This document shows positions 1-9,909 of a stretch of DNA of 64,000 bases, piece after piece. The first letter of the stretch is position 1. Every line of letters starts with the position of its first letter. The stretch comes from an uncultured Clostridia bacterium (GTDB taxonomy: Bacteria > Bacillota > Clostridia > UMGS1883 > UMGS1540): NCBI GenBank assembly GCA_937966555.1, contig CALCLY010000022.1:212729-276728 (forward strand). Direction: 5' to 3'. The notes beneath the pieces are model-generated. The model did no database searches and had not been told where the DNA came from. It saw only the letters and a list, made by a program, of their open reading frames with translations. The position numbers and the translations under genes are program-made.

Positions 1-2037
1 ATAAGCCATAATGTTGGTTATCTTTTCCGAATCTCCCCACTGAGTATTCGGTGAAAAAATTCTTATTTCATCTTCGCGGTCTCTCATCGTCTCGCCGCCT
101 TCCAGCTTTGGAAGCAAAATTCCCACCGCTTTTTTCATGGAAATATAGTTACTGAGGATTCCTCCGTTATCCTGTTCATAAACAAGATAACTGTGATCCA
201 CATGTCCGGAATTCTCACGCGGATAATCAAAATCAAGCGTTAAATCTTCTTTGTCTTCCTTAAAGGGTTCGCTTGTATTCTTTTTAGGCGTGCAGATTTC
301 CGATATTAAATCATTTTTATCAAGTTCATATTTAATCACCTGATTTGAAATCACCCCGCCGGGCGAAAGAATTTCTGCGATTTTTTTACCCGTTAAAGTC
401 TCGCCCGAAGCCGTAACTCTTTCCCCGTTAAGTTTTATATTGCCGGCACTGTTATAATTAACTATTTCGCCAAGCGCCACATCAAGCAGTCTGAATGTTG
501 CCCCGTCCTTGCTCGAAATTCCCTTTTTAATCGGACTTGCATCAATAAGATAGGCATAGTTTTTTAAGCCCTCTATTACGCTTGCTCCTGCGATTTTTCC
601 GTTATCGCCCAAAAAGAAAGTATAAACATTTCCGATTTCAATTTCATTTTTTAAACTTTCGGCGCAAAAAGGGTCTGTTTCGTATTCTTTTCCGCCGACA
701 AGTATTTTACTGCCGTTTGTCTCCGAAACTTTGCCTTTCATCTTTTTATCCGACACCCAAACTTTAATAAGTTTTCCGTCCGTACTTTCAATTACCTTTA
801 AAACATTGTTTTTTGATATTGAAGAAAAATCGGTTGCTTCACCGTTTTTGTAAATACAAACTTTAGTGTCATTATTTTCCGACAGGTCAAGCGAGCTTCC
901 GGTGTGTTTATCCGTTACAATTTTAACGTCTGCATAAATGCTGTCGGCAAAATAAATTTTCGGCACCGATGCAAAAATAACGTCAATTTTTCCGTCCCCG
1001 TCTCCATCTGCAAGTCTTAATTCACCGTTGGGGATTAAGATGTCTGCGCGTGAGAATTTTCTTCCGGCGTTGATTCCGTTAAATATATAAACTGCATCTG
1101 CCAGAACGGAAAGTGATTTTTTTGTGCCGTTTTCGTCAAAATACACTATGCGGTTTTCATTTGTATCTTCCGAAACTTCGCTGCAATCCAAATTTATTTC
1201 TTTGACATTTGAATTTACGGAAAAAGTTACGATTTCTCTGTCCGCGCTGTCACTTTCTTTATAATATACCGAAACCTTATAACCCAAGCAGTCATTTATT
1301 GCGCTTTCACTGCTCTTATAAAGTTCATCGTTTATTTTAACAAAACCGTCGTTTACACCGCTTTGCACCGAAAGCGATGTCACGTCATTTGCCTTTACAA
1401 TGCCTGTTTCGGTATCAATGTGTAAATATTTCCGAAGCAGTGTTTCCTCGTAATTTTTTTCATAACTACCGTTAGGATATGAGCAAAACTCCATAGTGTT
1501 TGCGTGCGCCGCATTATAAAGCATTTTTGCCGCCTCAGTCCAGCTTATTTTTTCTCTGCTCTGGTTTACCCCTTTTAAAATTCCCGCTTCGGCAGCGGAA
1601 GTCAAATACCCGACAGGATAACCTCCGTTATACTCCGCATAAGTTTTGTAACCCAGTATACAGCAAAGAATTTTTGCCGCCTGATTAAGCTTTATTGCGG
1701 AATCGGGTTCAAAAGTTTTTTCAGTAACACCTGATACCAAGCCGGCATTATAAGCAAAATTAATTTCCTTGCAATACTTACTTTCTGCCGATACATCTTC
1801 AAACACATTCTCCGCCGGCAAATCCGCCGCTCCCATCAGCTTCACCGCCGCGCTTATAAATGCTCCTCTTGTGACTTCCGAGTTCATATCCATTGATGCG
1901 TCAAGTATTCCTATGTCGTAAAGGACTTTTATCTCATCGGAATAAATATTTGCATCACCGTTTGCCGACACCGCGGCAAATGATACAAATGTCAGCGTTA
2001 ATATTAAAAAAACGGAAAATAATCTTTTAAACATCAT
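1..2037 (-). CDS. Secreted cell-surface protein, C-terminally truncated by the window edge. It has a signal peptide and an SLH-like N-terminal module, and is a paralog of the 41206..43845 product.
   Basis: Minus-strand ORF starting at ATG 2037; the ATGATG start overlaps the TGA stop of the upstream gene. Translation begins MMFKRLFSVFLILTLTFVSFAAVSA. The N-terminal about 150 aa align with the 41206..43845 protein (GYKTYAEYNGGYPVGY versus GYGDYAEYKGGYPSGY). The ORF runs to position 1 without a stop. Confidence 0.6.
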   Translation of the reverse strand, partial: MMFKRLFSVFLILTLTFVSFAAVSANGDANIYSDEIKVLYDIGILDASMDMNSEVTRGAFISAAVKLMGAADLPAENVFEDVSAESKYCKEINFAYNAGLVSGVTEKTFEPDSAIKLNQAAKILCCILGYKTYAEYNGGYPVGYLTSAAEAGILKGVNQSREKISWTEAAKMLYNAAHANTMEFCSYPNGSYEKNYEETLLRKYLHIDTETGIVKANDVTSLSVQSGVNDGFVKINDELYKSSESAINDCLGYKVSVYYKESDSADREIVTFSVNSNVKEINLDCSEVSEDTNENRIVYFDENGTKKSLSVLADAVYIFNGINAGRKFSRADILIPNGELRLADGDGDGKIDVIFASVPKIYFADSIYADVKIVTDKHTGSSLDLSENNDTKVCIYKNGEATDFSSISKNNVLKVIESTDGKLIKVWVSDKKMKGKVSETNGSKILVGGKEYETDPFCAESLKNEIEIGNVYTFFLGDNGKIAGASVIEGLKNYAYLIDASPIKKGISSKDGATFRLLDVALGEIVNYNSAGNIKLNGERVTASGETLTGKKIAEILSPGGVISNQVIKYELDKNDLISEICTPKKNTSEPFKEDKEDLTLDFDYPRENSGHVDHSYLVYEQDNGGILSNYISMKKAVGILLPKLEGGETMRDREDEIRIFSPNTQWGDSEKITNIMAY

Positions 2038-4232
2038 TCACTTACCTCCACTTTTAAATTGTCAAGCAGGAAGCTCACGTCTTTTGCATCCATAAAATTT
2101 CTGAAATCAATTTTGTCTATTGACACAGCCGGTTCTTTTTCGCCTTTTCCGAAGTAATCCGTATTTTTTGCAACAAGTACATCGTCTACATATATTTCAA
2201 TTCTCGGATTACCGGAATTCGGCACATAAACAAATTTTAAATTGTACCAAATGCCTGGCTCTGCTTCGGCAAATTCTTTGCCGAGTCCCACTCCGTTCGT
2301 ACGTTGACTTAATGTCATGGTGCCGCTTTCATTACCGCAAATACACCACTGTATGCCGCTTGAACCGATGGAGTTATAATAAAGCGGTCCCGGAGTTGCC
2401 TTTTTATTCATAAAGTCAAAAGAAACCGTTACCTTTTTCGGCTTTTCTCCCGTATTTACAGGGATAATAAGGCTTGCATCTCCTTTTTGCTTTGTTATCT
2501 CAAAAACATGATTTTCGTTTTCTTCCGAAACTGCGACATAACTTGTAGATGACGCATCTCTTTGCCAGTCGTAAGGATATTTTTTAATTTCATAATCTTC
2601 AAAATCCATGTTGATTCCAATCGGTTTTTGCTTTTTTACGATTTTTGGTGCATCACTTATTTTTTCATATAAATAATCTCTGTATTTGCTCCAAACCTTA
2701 GGTCTGTCATTTATTCCGGCAAGTTTATAAAGATCCGCCCTTAAAAATGCGGTACACAGGTCCGTTCCGTTTAAATCTCCTTCCGGCAAGCCGTACGAAA
2801 CCCACGCAAGCTGCGATGTCGGTGAACTGTTTTCCACCCCCCACGAATATCCTCCGTCAGACTTTTTAAAAGGCTTAATCGCCTCCGTACACACTTTTAT
2901 AAGCTTCGGAACTGCCTCATCAAGCGCCTTTTTTGTCTCTTCTGAAATTTTACCCTTATTTTGATTTATTGCAGAATTAATAGAAGTTACCGCATTCCAC
3001 GGAGTAGCGGCAGTTTGCGCAACATCATGTTCCATAACATAAATTATGCTTTGAACAATTTTATCCACCATAGGAAGAGGACAATCCTCTGAAAAAATGC
3101 TGGAAATTTTCATAACGGCATTAACATTGTCATACGAAAGACCTTCTCCCCAAAGACCGGTTTCCTGATTTTGACGTTCCATTACAAACTTTTGAAGAAG
3201 CGGTCTGAATCCTGACGCTGTAATCATAGACATGGAAGCTGCCATTGTATTACCCGCAATGTATGGATTAGTGTCCCACGGTTCGGCTTCAACCCATTCC
3301 ATAAAAGCCTCTTCGCCTTTAAACTGTGCGGGCAAAGAATCAACCGCTTCATTAGAGTTTTCTTCTTCGCTGTTTTGCGTTTTCTTAATTCTTTCCTCAG
3401 GCGTTAAGTAAAGAGGCTTTCCTCCGAATCTTGCTATAATACTCGTTCCCCACCAAAGATCTCTGCTCTGTCTGCTGGATGTTATTCCTCTACCCCATTG
3501 AGGGTGGTAAAAATAGCCGTCTTCCTCACTTTGAAGAGACTGCGCCCAGTGCAAAGTCCTTTCCTGTACATCAGCAGGATAAATGTTTTTGCTCGGAGGA
3601 TCTGCGTCAAAAAGTCCGGTTTCATCAAAAATATGAAAAGCTTGCTTTGTGCTCTCAACATCGGGCAGAAATTCAAGATTATCACGCGCACTCACAGAAT
3701 AATAATATCCGCCCGTTTCTGGGTCAAAAAGGCTTATTATGTAGTCAAGCAGCTCTTTTGTAAACACATTTTCATCAAATTCATGAAGAGCTTTTAAGAT
3801 TTCGGAACTTACGCTTTTTGTATTTATGCTTACTTGTCTTTTTTCAGCATCCCAGTTTACATCGGCTCCCAGCGACTCGGCAATAAATCTCAGCGGAACA
3901 AGTGTTCGTGATTTTGCTATAACCGGCGGACAATCAATGGCACATTCGACACCGTTTATATTTGCTGTGGTTTTGCCGATGAAAAGTACCGCCGTTGTTT
4001 CGTTGCATGCTATCGAAACACAGGAAGTTTCCACATTCCATGTCACAGTGGCGCCAAGTTTTTCAAAAACCCCTCTGACAGGCACTAAAACTCTTCCGTT
4101 TTCTATAATTGGATTTACATCAAACGAAATCGTCTCGCCGTTTACACTAACTGTCAAAGGCAAAACATTGGCGTATACAGGCAATGCCAGCACTAACGCC
4201 GTCATGACTGTTGCTATGATTTTTTTAAACAT
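2034..4232 (-). CDS. Secreted protein with two copper-amine-oxidase-like N-terminal (stalk) repeats, a large middle domain of unknown function and a C-terminal LamG-like jelly-roll domain.
   Basis: The true start is ATG 4232 (MFKKIIATVMTALVLALPVYA signal peptide, RBS GAGGGAGAGG upstream); the track ORF extends spuriously to 4370. Two repeats match VNG..I.....P.I.NGR.LVP.R...E.LGA.V.W. The C-terminus carries the motif PGIWYNLKFVYV...IEIYVDDVLV. Confidence 0.7.
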   Translation of the reverse strand: MFKKIIATVMTALVLALPVYANVLPLTVSVNGETISFDVNPIIENGRVLVPVRGVFEKLGATVTWNVETSCVSIACNETTAVLFIGKTTANINGVECAIDCPPVIAKSRTLVPLRFIAESLGADVNWDAEKRQVSINTKSVSSEILKALHEFDENVFTKELLDYIISLFDPETGGYYYSVSARDNLEFLPDVESTKQAFHIFDETGLFDADPPSKNIYPADVQERTLHWAQSLQSEEDGYFYHPQWGRGITSSRQSRDLWWGTSIIARFGGKPLYLTPEERIKKTQNSEEENSNEAVDSLPAQFKGEEAFMEWVEAEPWDTNPYIAGNTMAASMSMITASGFRPLLQKFVMERQNQETGLWGEGLSYDNVNAVMKISSIFSEDCPLPMVDKIVQSIIYVMEHDVAQTAATPWNAVTSINSAINQNKGKISEETKKALDEAVPKLIKVCTEAIKPFKKSDGGYSWGVENSSPTSQLAWVSYGLPEGDLNGTDLCTAFLRADLYKLAGINDRPKVWSKYRDYLYEKISDAPKIVKKQKPIGINMDFEDYEIKKYPYDWQRDASSTSYVAVSEENENHVFEITKQKGDASLIIPVNTGEKPKKVTVSFDFMNKKATPGPLYYNSIGSSGIQWCICGNESGTMTLSQRTNGVGLGKEFAEAEPGIWYNLKFVYVPNSGNPRIEIYVDDVLVAKNTDYFGKGEKEPAVSIDKIDFRNFMDAKDVSFLLDNLKVEVSE

Positions 4233-5889
4233 TATTATCCTCTCCCTCAAGTAATTTTTTAAGTTCACCGAAAGGTTCGGCATTCGCAGTCCTCTTTCCG
4301 AATATACTTTTCGCAGCAGTTTTAATCCACTGAGCCGAAACGCCGTATGTGCAGATATAGTTTTTGGCAAACCGAATTTTTTCTATATCAAACGGCGAAT
4401 TCATCGCCACAACAACCAGTGTCTTTCCTGTTTCAAAAAGCTTTTTTGCCAATACACCCTGATTTTCATACAATATTGCATCACACGAACCGAAAACAAT
4501 TATATCCGCATCTTTGCTCATTTGTAATGCTTTTTCTATATCTGCATCATCTGGATTCAATTTTGTGATAAGTGTCGTTACATTTTCGCAATAATCCGAC
4601 AGAGCTTTCGGCAGCATGTCAACAGACTGTTCGTCATCCATAGCCGATGCGATTTTTTGAGGTTCGACCGTTATTGCCAGAATTTTTTCATCCGGTCTGA
4701 TCGGGAGATTTTTTCCGCGGATTACGGAAACACTTTTCTCCGACAAATCGCAAAGCAATTTACGGTGTTTTTCGCATCCAACCGTTTCCAAAGCTTTTTT
4801 TCCGTCAGCATACGGATTTTCAAAAAGATTTGCTTTTTCTTTTAATTTAAAAATTCGTTTTACAGACTCATTTATTCTTTCTTCGCTTATCTCACCGTTT
4901 TCTGCCGCACTTAAGAGCGCGTTATATCCTTCATAAAAATGATCTTTATCTCCTCTCAGCAAAACAAGATCACAACCTGCATGAATTGCCATAACCGTTG
5001 CTTTCCCGGTTCCGTAATTATCCTGTATCGCCCTCATTCTCATAGCATCGGTCATAACCACACCGTCAAATCCGAGCTTCTTTCTCAAGAGTCCGCTCAC
5101 AACCTTTTCGGAAAGTGTTGCAGGTGCACTGCTGTCTATTGCCTCAACGATTACATGTCCTATCATAATCGCCTCAAGCCCTTCATTTATAAGCCTTTTA
5201 AACGGAACCAGATCCTCTTTTTCAAGTTCGTCAAGATTTTTTTCAATACGCGCCGTACCCTTATGAGCATCAGTTGCGATTGACCCATAACCCGGAAAAT
5301 GCTTTGCAATTGAAATAAGCCCTCCGTCATTATATCCTTTATGCATGCAAGACGCCAGCGCCGCAACTTTATCGGGTACCATTCCGAATGAAGCGGATTT
5401 AATCGTTTTTCTCCCTTCGTATTTTAAAACGTCCAAAATCGGTGACTGAACGGTATTTATCCCCATAGATTTAAATTCTTCAGCCATAGACTTTGCAATA
5501 TCATAGGAAAGTTTCAAATCGTCCGCAATGCCAAATGCCATATGTCCGCTGAAAACCATTGCCCCGGCTCTGTCTATATCGCACCTTGTACTGCCTTCCT
5601 GGTCAACCGTGATAAGCAGCGGATTTTTATGTCTGCGGTTCATTGCAAGTTTCTGAAGCGAATTTATAAAATCCGCAGTTTCATCCGGAGTAAAATATTT
5701 ATTGGGCTTTCCTACAACACGGCTTGAATTATCATATTCCGCATCGGGACAATAACGCAGAGCTCCGATATTCAACTCCTCAATCATAATTTTTAAATCA
5801 TCGGATATTTTATCGGACTGCAAAATCGGCACGCATAATTGTCCGATTTTCTCTCTCAAAGTCATTTTCTTAATTATTTCGTCAGTCAT
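4225..5889 (-). CDS. Glycoside hydrolase family 3 (NagZ-like beta-N-acetylhexosaminidase or beta-glucosidase); cytoplasmic, no signal peptide.
   Basis: 554 aa with GH3 motifs KHFPGYG and GFDGVVMTDAMRMRAI. ATG at 5889 is preceded by GGGAAGGGAATG. The stop overlaps the downstream start (ATGTTTAA). Confidence 0.85.
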   Translation of the reverse strand: MTDEIIKKMTLREKIGQLCVPILQSDKISDDLKIMIEELNIGALRYCPDAEYDNSSRVVGKPNKYFTPDETADFINSLQKLAMNRRHKNPLLITVDQEGSTRCDIDRAGAMVFSGHMAFGIADDLKLSYDIAKSMAEEFKSMGINTVQSPILDVLKYEGRKTIKSASFGMVPDKVAALASCMHKGYNDGGLISIAKHFPGYGSIATDAHKGTARIEKNLDELEKEDLVPFKRLINEGLEAIMIGHVIVEAIDSSAPATLSEKVVSGLLRKKLGFDGVVMTDAMRMRAIQDNYGTGKATVMAIHAGCDLVLLRGDKDHFYEGYNALLSAAENGEISEERINESVKRIFKLKEKANLFENPYADGKKALETVGCEKHRKLLCDLSEKSVSVIRGKNLPIRPDEKILAITVEPQKIASAMDDEQSVDMLPKALSDYCENVTTLITKLNPDDADIEKALQMSKDADIIVFGSCDAILYENQGVLAKKLFETGKTLVVVAMNSPFDIEKIRFAKNYICTYGVSAQWIKTAAKSIFGKRTANAEPFGELKKLLEGEDNNV

Positions 5890-5906
5890 AATTCATTCCC
5901 TTCCCG

Positions 5907-5926
5907 TTACTAACGCGCGTTCGAAA
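5907..5926. promoter_or_regulatory. Imperfect 20-bp palindrome TTACTAACGC|GCGTTCGAAA; candidate operator for the adjacent LacI-family regulator.
   Basis: Perfect core AACGCGCGTT, with 8 of 10 positions symmetric. It lies about 20-35 bp upstream of the GH3 start codon and shares the half-site TTTCGAACGC with the site at 12743..12762. Confidence 0.35.
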
Positions 5927-6022
5927 TAGCCGATATAATAAGTTGCAGTTAAAAAACCGCAACTTGAGTACTTACTGTTATTCGAAAACAATCGCTTTAT
6001 TGTACAATCTAAATTTAATTAT

Positions 6023-7063
6023 TTAAACAGTGGTTTTTCTGTATACCGGCTTAGCTTCAAAGATATCTTCCGTGCACTCTTTCCCATTTTTGTTTATTAT
6101 TTCAATTGCCCTTGAAACCGCCTTACCTGCCATTTCGATAATCGGCAATTTACAAGTTGTCAGAGGCGGCAGCGTATATCTTGCAAACGGAGTATCGTCA
6201 AATCCTATTATTGCTATATCCCGCGGAATTTCCAACCCGAAACTGCTTATTCTTTCCATAACCGCAATTGCAACATCATCGTTAATACACGCAAAAACCT
6301 CAGGAAGTCTTTTATTTTCCAGCAATGTATTAATCTTCTCCGCGGCAATCCTCGGCGACATTTTGCAGTCTATCATAAATTTATCTTCTGCTTCAAGAGA
6401 ATTTTCCTTCATTGCATCCATAAAACCTCTGTACTTCTCATCACAGATATATCTCCCGACATCTGCATAAATCATTCCTATTTTTCTGTACCCTCTGTCT
6501 ATAAGAAACTGTGTATTTTTTTTATATGCTGTATAAGAATTGAACGAAACGCAAGCCATCTGTTTTCTCAGAAGCTTCTTCTCTTCAAATTCTTTTTTCT
6601 CATGGCTGATAAAAACCATAGGGTAAGGCAGCGATGCGATACTGAGCATATCGTCACTTACACTCACCAATATTGCCGCATCGATTCTTTTTTCTTCAAA
6701 AGCACTTTTTACAATATCATATCCGTCATCTTTGCTTATCTTGTTCACCGTAACATAATAGCCGCTGCTGTTTGCCCGGTCTATAACGGCATTTAAAAGC
6801 GGAGAGTAATAATTGTTATCAAAAATCAGCTTTTCTTTTGGAAGCGATGAATCTACATTCATAAAAAAACCTATAGTATTTGTTTTTCCTCCCGCAAGAA
6901 CCCTTGCTGAAAAATCAGGTGTATACCTGCACTCCCTTATTACATTCAAAACTCTCTCTCTCGTCTCATCCTTAACGTCGGGATAATTGTTTATAACCTT
7001 TGAAACAGTTGCTCTCGAAACCCCTGCCAGTTTTGCAATATCTTCACTTTTCAAAACAGCCAT
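6023..7063 (-). CDS. LacI-family transcriptional regulator.
   Basis: N-terminal HTH MAVLKSEDIAKLAGVSRATVSKVINNYPDVKDETRERV followed by a periplasmic-binding-protein-like sugar-binding fold. RBS AAAGAGG upstream. Confidence 0.9.
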   Translation of the reverse strand: MAVLKSEDIAKLAGVSRATVSKVINNYPDVKDETRERVLNVIRECRYTPDFSARVLAGGKTNTIGFFMNVDSSLPKEKLIFDNNYYSPLLNAVIDRANSSGYYVTVNKISKDDGYDIVKSAFEEKRIDAAILVSVSDDMLSIASLPYPMVFISHEKKEFEEKKLLRKQMACVSFNSYTAYKKNTQFLIDRGYRKIGMIYADVGRYICDEKYRGFMDAMKENSLEAEDKFMIDCKMSPRIAAEKINTLLENKRLPEVFACINDDVAIAVMERISSFGLEIPRDIAIIGFDDTPFARYTLPPLTTCKLPIIEMAGKAVSRAIEIINKNGKECTEDIFEAKPVYRKTTV

Positions 7064-7079
7064 ATTCTACCTCTTTAAA

Positions 7080-8165
7080 TTACATTTCATTTGTGTGATT
7101 CCACGTTTTAAATATTTCTCTCCACACATCTGTATGTGCTTCGCAATCAAGATAATGCGCAAAAAGCTGAAAACTGTCCATGCAGTCATCTATCTTATGG
7201 TCGCATAAAACACTTTTGTAACGTTCCGCATTCTCCATGCAAAAATCATGCCAGTGTTTTTCCCATTCGCCGCTTTTGATGTACTCATTTCGTGTTTTAA
7301 ATTCATTAAGAATTTTATTTTTTCTTTCCGAACCGGCAAGCTCGATACCCTTTCCGTTTGCCGCAACAGGAATAAACTCAATATCGGATTTATTCTTATC
7401 AACCGTTAATCTGACCATAAGTCCTTCCAAAAAGCTCTCGTCGTGCGTACTTTCTATAAAATGAAAATTACCCTGTCCGTACAGTATATGAGCATTGTTG
7501 AATTTTTCGTAACAGCCTATAATATGACTGTGCTGGCAAAATACAGCGTCGGCACCGCACAAAGCCATTTCTCTGCATGCCTTCATAAGACGCGGCGAAG
7601 GATATCTGCAAAATTCTTTTCCGCCGTGATAAATAACGATAACATAATCGGACAGAGCCTTTGCCTTCCTGATATCTTCCATTGTCTGGAACTCATCAAA
7701 AGGTCTTGTCCCGACCCTGTTGCAAGTGGCATAAGAGTATTCATGTTCACACACATTTATAACAGATACTGAAAAATCTCCATCTTTCAGCATTAAATCA
7801 TTGCGTGATTTTTCATAGTTTTCTCCGACACCCGTGTATCTCATTTTATTCTCATCAAGTATCTTCAGCGTATCGTAAAAACCTTTTTTACCAAAATCAA
7901 AAATATGGTTATTGCTGAGCATGCAAGTATCAACCCCTGCATTTTTCAGTGTTTTAACCGTGCCTTTCGGACCTTTAAGACACGGACCGTATTTTCTTAT
8001 TCCCTGTTTGTGCTCTGTTACAGCACACTCAAGATTCACAATAACTGTATCGCTTTTTTTAAATTCTTCAATTACACTTCCAAACGCTCCGCGTGCATCT
8101 TCGTTTTCAAAACATTCTTTACTTTCATCTGTCGGGCACAAATCGCCGCATATAAGTAAATCCAT
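7080..8165 (-). CDS. CapA/PgsA-like metallophosphoesterase (PGA_cap family) without a membrane anchor.
   Basis: Motifs MLSNNHIFDFG and VIVIYHGGKEF are typical of CapA-family calcineurin-like phosphoesterases. The start was trimmed to ATG 8165 (GGAGAGGTG RBS), because the track ORF would begin inside the -10 box of its own promoter. Confidence 0.7.
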   Translation of the reverse strand: MDLLICGDLCPTDESKECFENEDARGAFGSVIEEFKKSDTVIVNLECAVTEHKQGIRKYGPCLKGPKGTVKTLKNAGVDTCMLSNNHIFDFGKKGFYDTLKILDENKMRYTGVGENYEKSRNDLMLKDGDFSVSVINVCEHEYSYATCNRVGTRPFDEFQTMEDIRKAKALSDYVIVIYHGGKEFCRYPSPRLMKACREMALCGADAVFCQHSHIIGCYEKFNNAHILYGQGNFHFIESTHDESFLEGLMVRLTVDKNKSDIEFIPVAANGKGIELAGSERKNKILNEFKTRNEYIKSGEWEKHWHDFCMENAERYKSVLCDHKIDDCMDSFQLFAHYLDCEAHTDVWREIFKTWNHTNEM

Positions 8166-8261
8166 TACACATTCACCTCTCCGTTTTATGTATAAAGCAA
8201 TATGACTAAAATTCGGTGCCGCCCATAAACAATCGTCAAACCGCTTCTCAAACACGTGTTC

Positions 8262-8290
8262 ATTATAACATGTTTTGTATACTCTGTCAA
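8262..8290 (-). promoter_or_regulatory. Sigma-A type promoter for the CapA-like/LacI/GH3 cluster.
   Basis: On the minus strand: TTGACA, 17-nt spacer, TATAAT. Confidence 0.5.
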
Positions 8291-8318
8291 TATTTTTGCA
8301 AATATTTTTAAAATTGTA

Positions 8319-8348
8319 TTGACATTCAATCCCTTGCCGTTGTATAAT
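8319..8348 (+). promoter_or_regulatory. Sigma-A type promoter for the serine-hydrolase/HAD operon, divergent from the previous promoter.
   Basis: TTGACA, 18-nt spacer, TATAAT. The track ORF start at 8347 lies inside the -10 box, so the real start is 8425. Confidence 0.5.
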
Positions 8349-8424
8349 GAACGCGTGTTCGGAAACTGCGCCCTCTCAATCCGATTTTTCCCGCATATCA
8401 ATTCAATATATAACGGAGGAAATC

Positions 8425-9909
8425 ATGTTAGAAAAAACCACTCCCGAAAAAGTCGGGATATCATCAAAAAACATAAAAAAATTTATTTCGGTACTTGAAA
8501 AAAATCATCTTTCAACTCATGCCGTTTTAATGATGCGGCACGGAAAGGTTTTTTATGAAAATTACCGATACCCTTTTAATGCCGATTATCTTCACAGAGT
8601 TTATTCCGTGTCCAAGAGTTTTGTGTCTCTTGCAATAGGCTTTCTTGCAGATGACGGAATAATTGACATTGATGCACCCATGGTAAATTATTTACCTTCA
8701 TATGCCGCAGAAACCGACAATGAAAACATTAAAAAACAAACGATACGGGATATGCTTATGATGAGCACCGGTGCTCCGCAGGAAAACAGCTATTGGTTTT
8801 CGTATAAACCGCAAGACCGTCTTAAGGAATATTTTAATGCGAGCAGGAAAGAACGCGGCGGAACATCAAAACTGCCCGGAACACTGTTTGACTATGACAG
8901 TCCCGGATCATTCGTGCTATGCTGTATTGCCGAAATTCTCAGCGGCAAAAATATAATCGACTATTTACGCGAAAAATTTCTTGATGCAATCGGATTTTCA
9001 AAAGAAGCATACTGTCTTTCCTGCCCCGGAGGTCATTCGTGGGGAGACTCCGGAATTTTATGCAAAGCTTCGGATCTCGCCCTGGTCGTGCAGTTTCTTC
9101 TCCGGGAAGGAAAGTGGAACGGAAAGCAGCTTTTAAGCAAAAAATATGTGAAAGAAGCAACTTCAAATCTTATAAATTCAAACGAAACCGGCTTTCTCAC
9201 TCCATGTGATTACGGATACGGATTTCAGATCTGGAAAACTGAACGAAACGGATTTTATTTTAACGGTATGGGTTCGCAATTTGCTGTGGGAGTACCCGAT
9301 AAAGATATGGTCTTTGTTATTTTTTCTGACAATCAGGGTCACCCCGCCCCGAGCACAGTTATACTGAACAGATTTTTTGAAGAAATTGTTGAAAAAGCAG
9401 ATGATTTTCCCATTACGGACAATGACGGCTCATTCAGCGAGCTTAAAAAATATTCGGAAACTCTGGAACTTTTTTCGTTAAAAAATGACATTTTGCAAAA
9501 TATTTACGAAAATGAATATATTATGGATCCGAATCCGATGGGAATAACTCGTTTAAAAATTACTGTTTCGGAAAGTGAGGGAATACTTAATTATACCAAC
9601 GCACAGGGCGAAAAGAGTTTAAAATTCGGAATAAACAAAAATATCTTCGGAATTTTTCCCGAGGAAGGTTATTCCGATCTTATCGGCAACAGGTTTGCAC
9701 CCGGTAACTATTACAAATGCGCTTCAAGCGCTTGCTGGACGCATAAAAACTGTCTTTCAATCCTTGTTCAGATTATCGATAAGTACTTTGGCAGACTGTA
9801 TATGCGAATATCATTTACGAAAGAAAACAAAATCAGTCTCATAATGAAAAAAAATGCCGAAGACTTTCTGCAGACATACAACGGGTATGCAGAAGGGAGT
9901 TTAAAATGA
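8425..9909 (+). CDS. Beta-lactamase-family serine hydrolase (class C beta-lactamase/esterase-like).
   Basis: SxxK motif SVSKSF near the N-terminus of the PF00144-like fold. GGAGGAAATC RBS before ATG 8425. Confidence 0.75.
   Translation: MLEKTTPEKVGISSKNIKKFISVLEKNHLSTHAVLMMRHGKVFYENYRYPFNADYLHRVYSVSKSFVSLAIGFLADDGIIDIDAPMVNYLPSYAAETDNENIKKQTIRDMLMMSTGAPQENSYWFSYKPQDRLKEYFNASRKERGGTSKLPGTLFDYDSPGSFVLCCIAEILSGKNIIDYLREKFLDAIGFSKEAYCLSCPGGHSWGDSGILCKASDLALVVQFLLREGKWNGKQLLSKKYVKEATSNLINSNETGFLTPCDYGYGFQIWKTERNGFYFNGMGSQFAVGVPDKDMVFVIFSDNQGHPAPSTVILNRFFEEIVEKADDFPITDNDGSFSELKKYSETLELFSLKNDILQNIYENEYIMDPNPMGITRLKITVSESEGILNYTNAQGEKSLKFGINKNIFGIFPEEGYSDLIGNRFAPGNYYKCASSACWTHKNCLSILVQIIDKYFGRLYMRISFTKENKISLIMKKNAEDFLQTYNGYAEGSLK

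Noticed and set aside
4233-4370. Extra 46 aa at the N-terminus of the track ORF 2034..4370.
   Set aside because: It overlaps the 3' end of the GH3 gene. ATG 4232 has a GGAGAGG RBS and starts a canonical signal peptide.
6030-6470. 146-aa ORF antisense to the LacI-family gene.
   Set aside because: Internal to a high-confidence regulator gene; hydrophobic low-complexity translation; no RBS.
8166-8346. N-terminal extensions of the 7080..8255 and 8347..9909 track ORFs.
   Set aside because: Both extended starts fall inside the -10 boxes of the divergent TTGACA/TATAAT promoters. Downstream ATGs at 8165 and 8425 have strong GGAGG-type RBS and give sensible N-termini.
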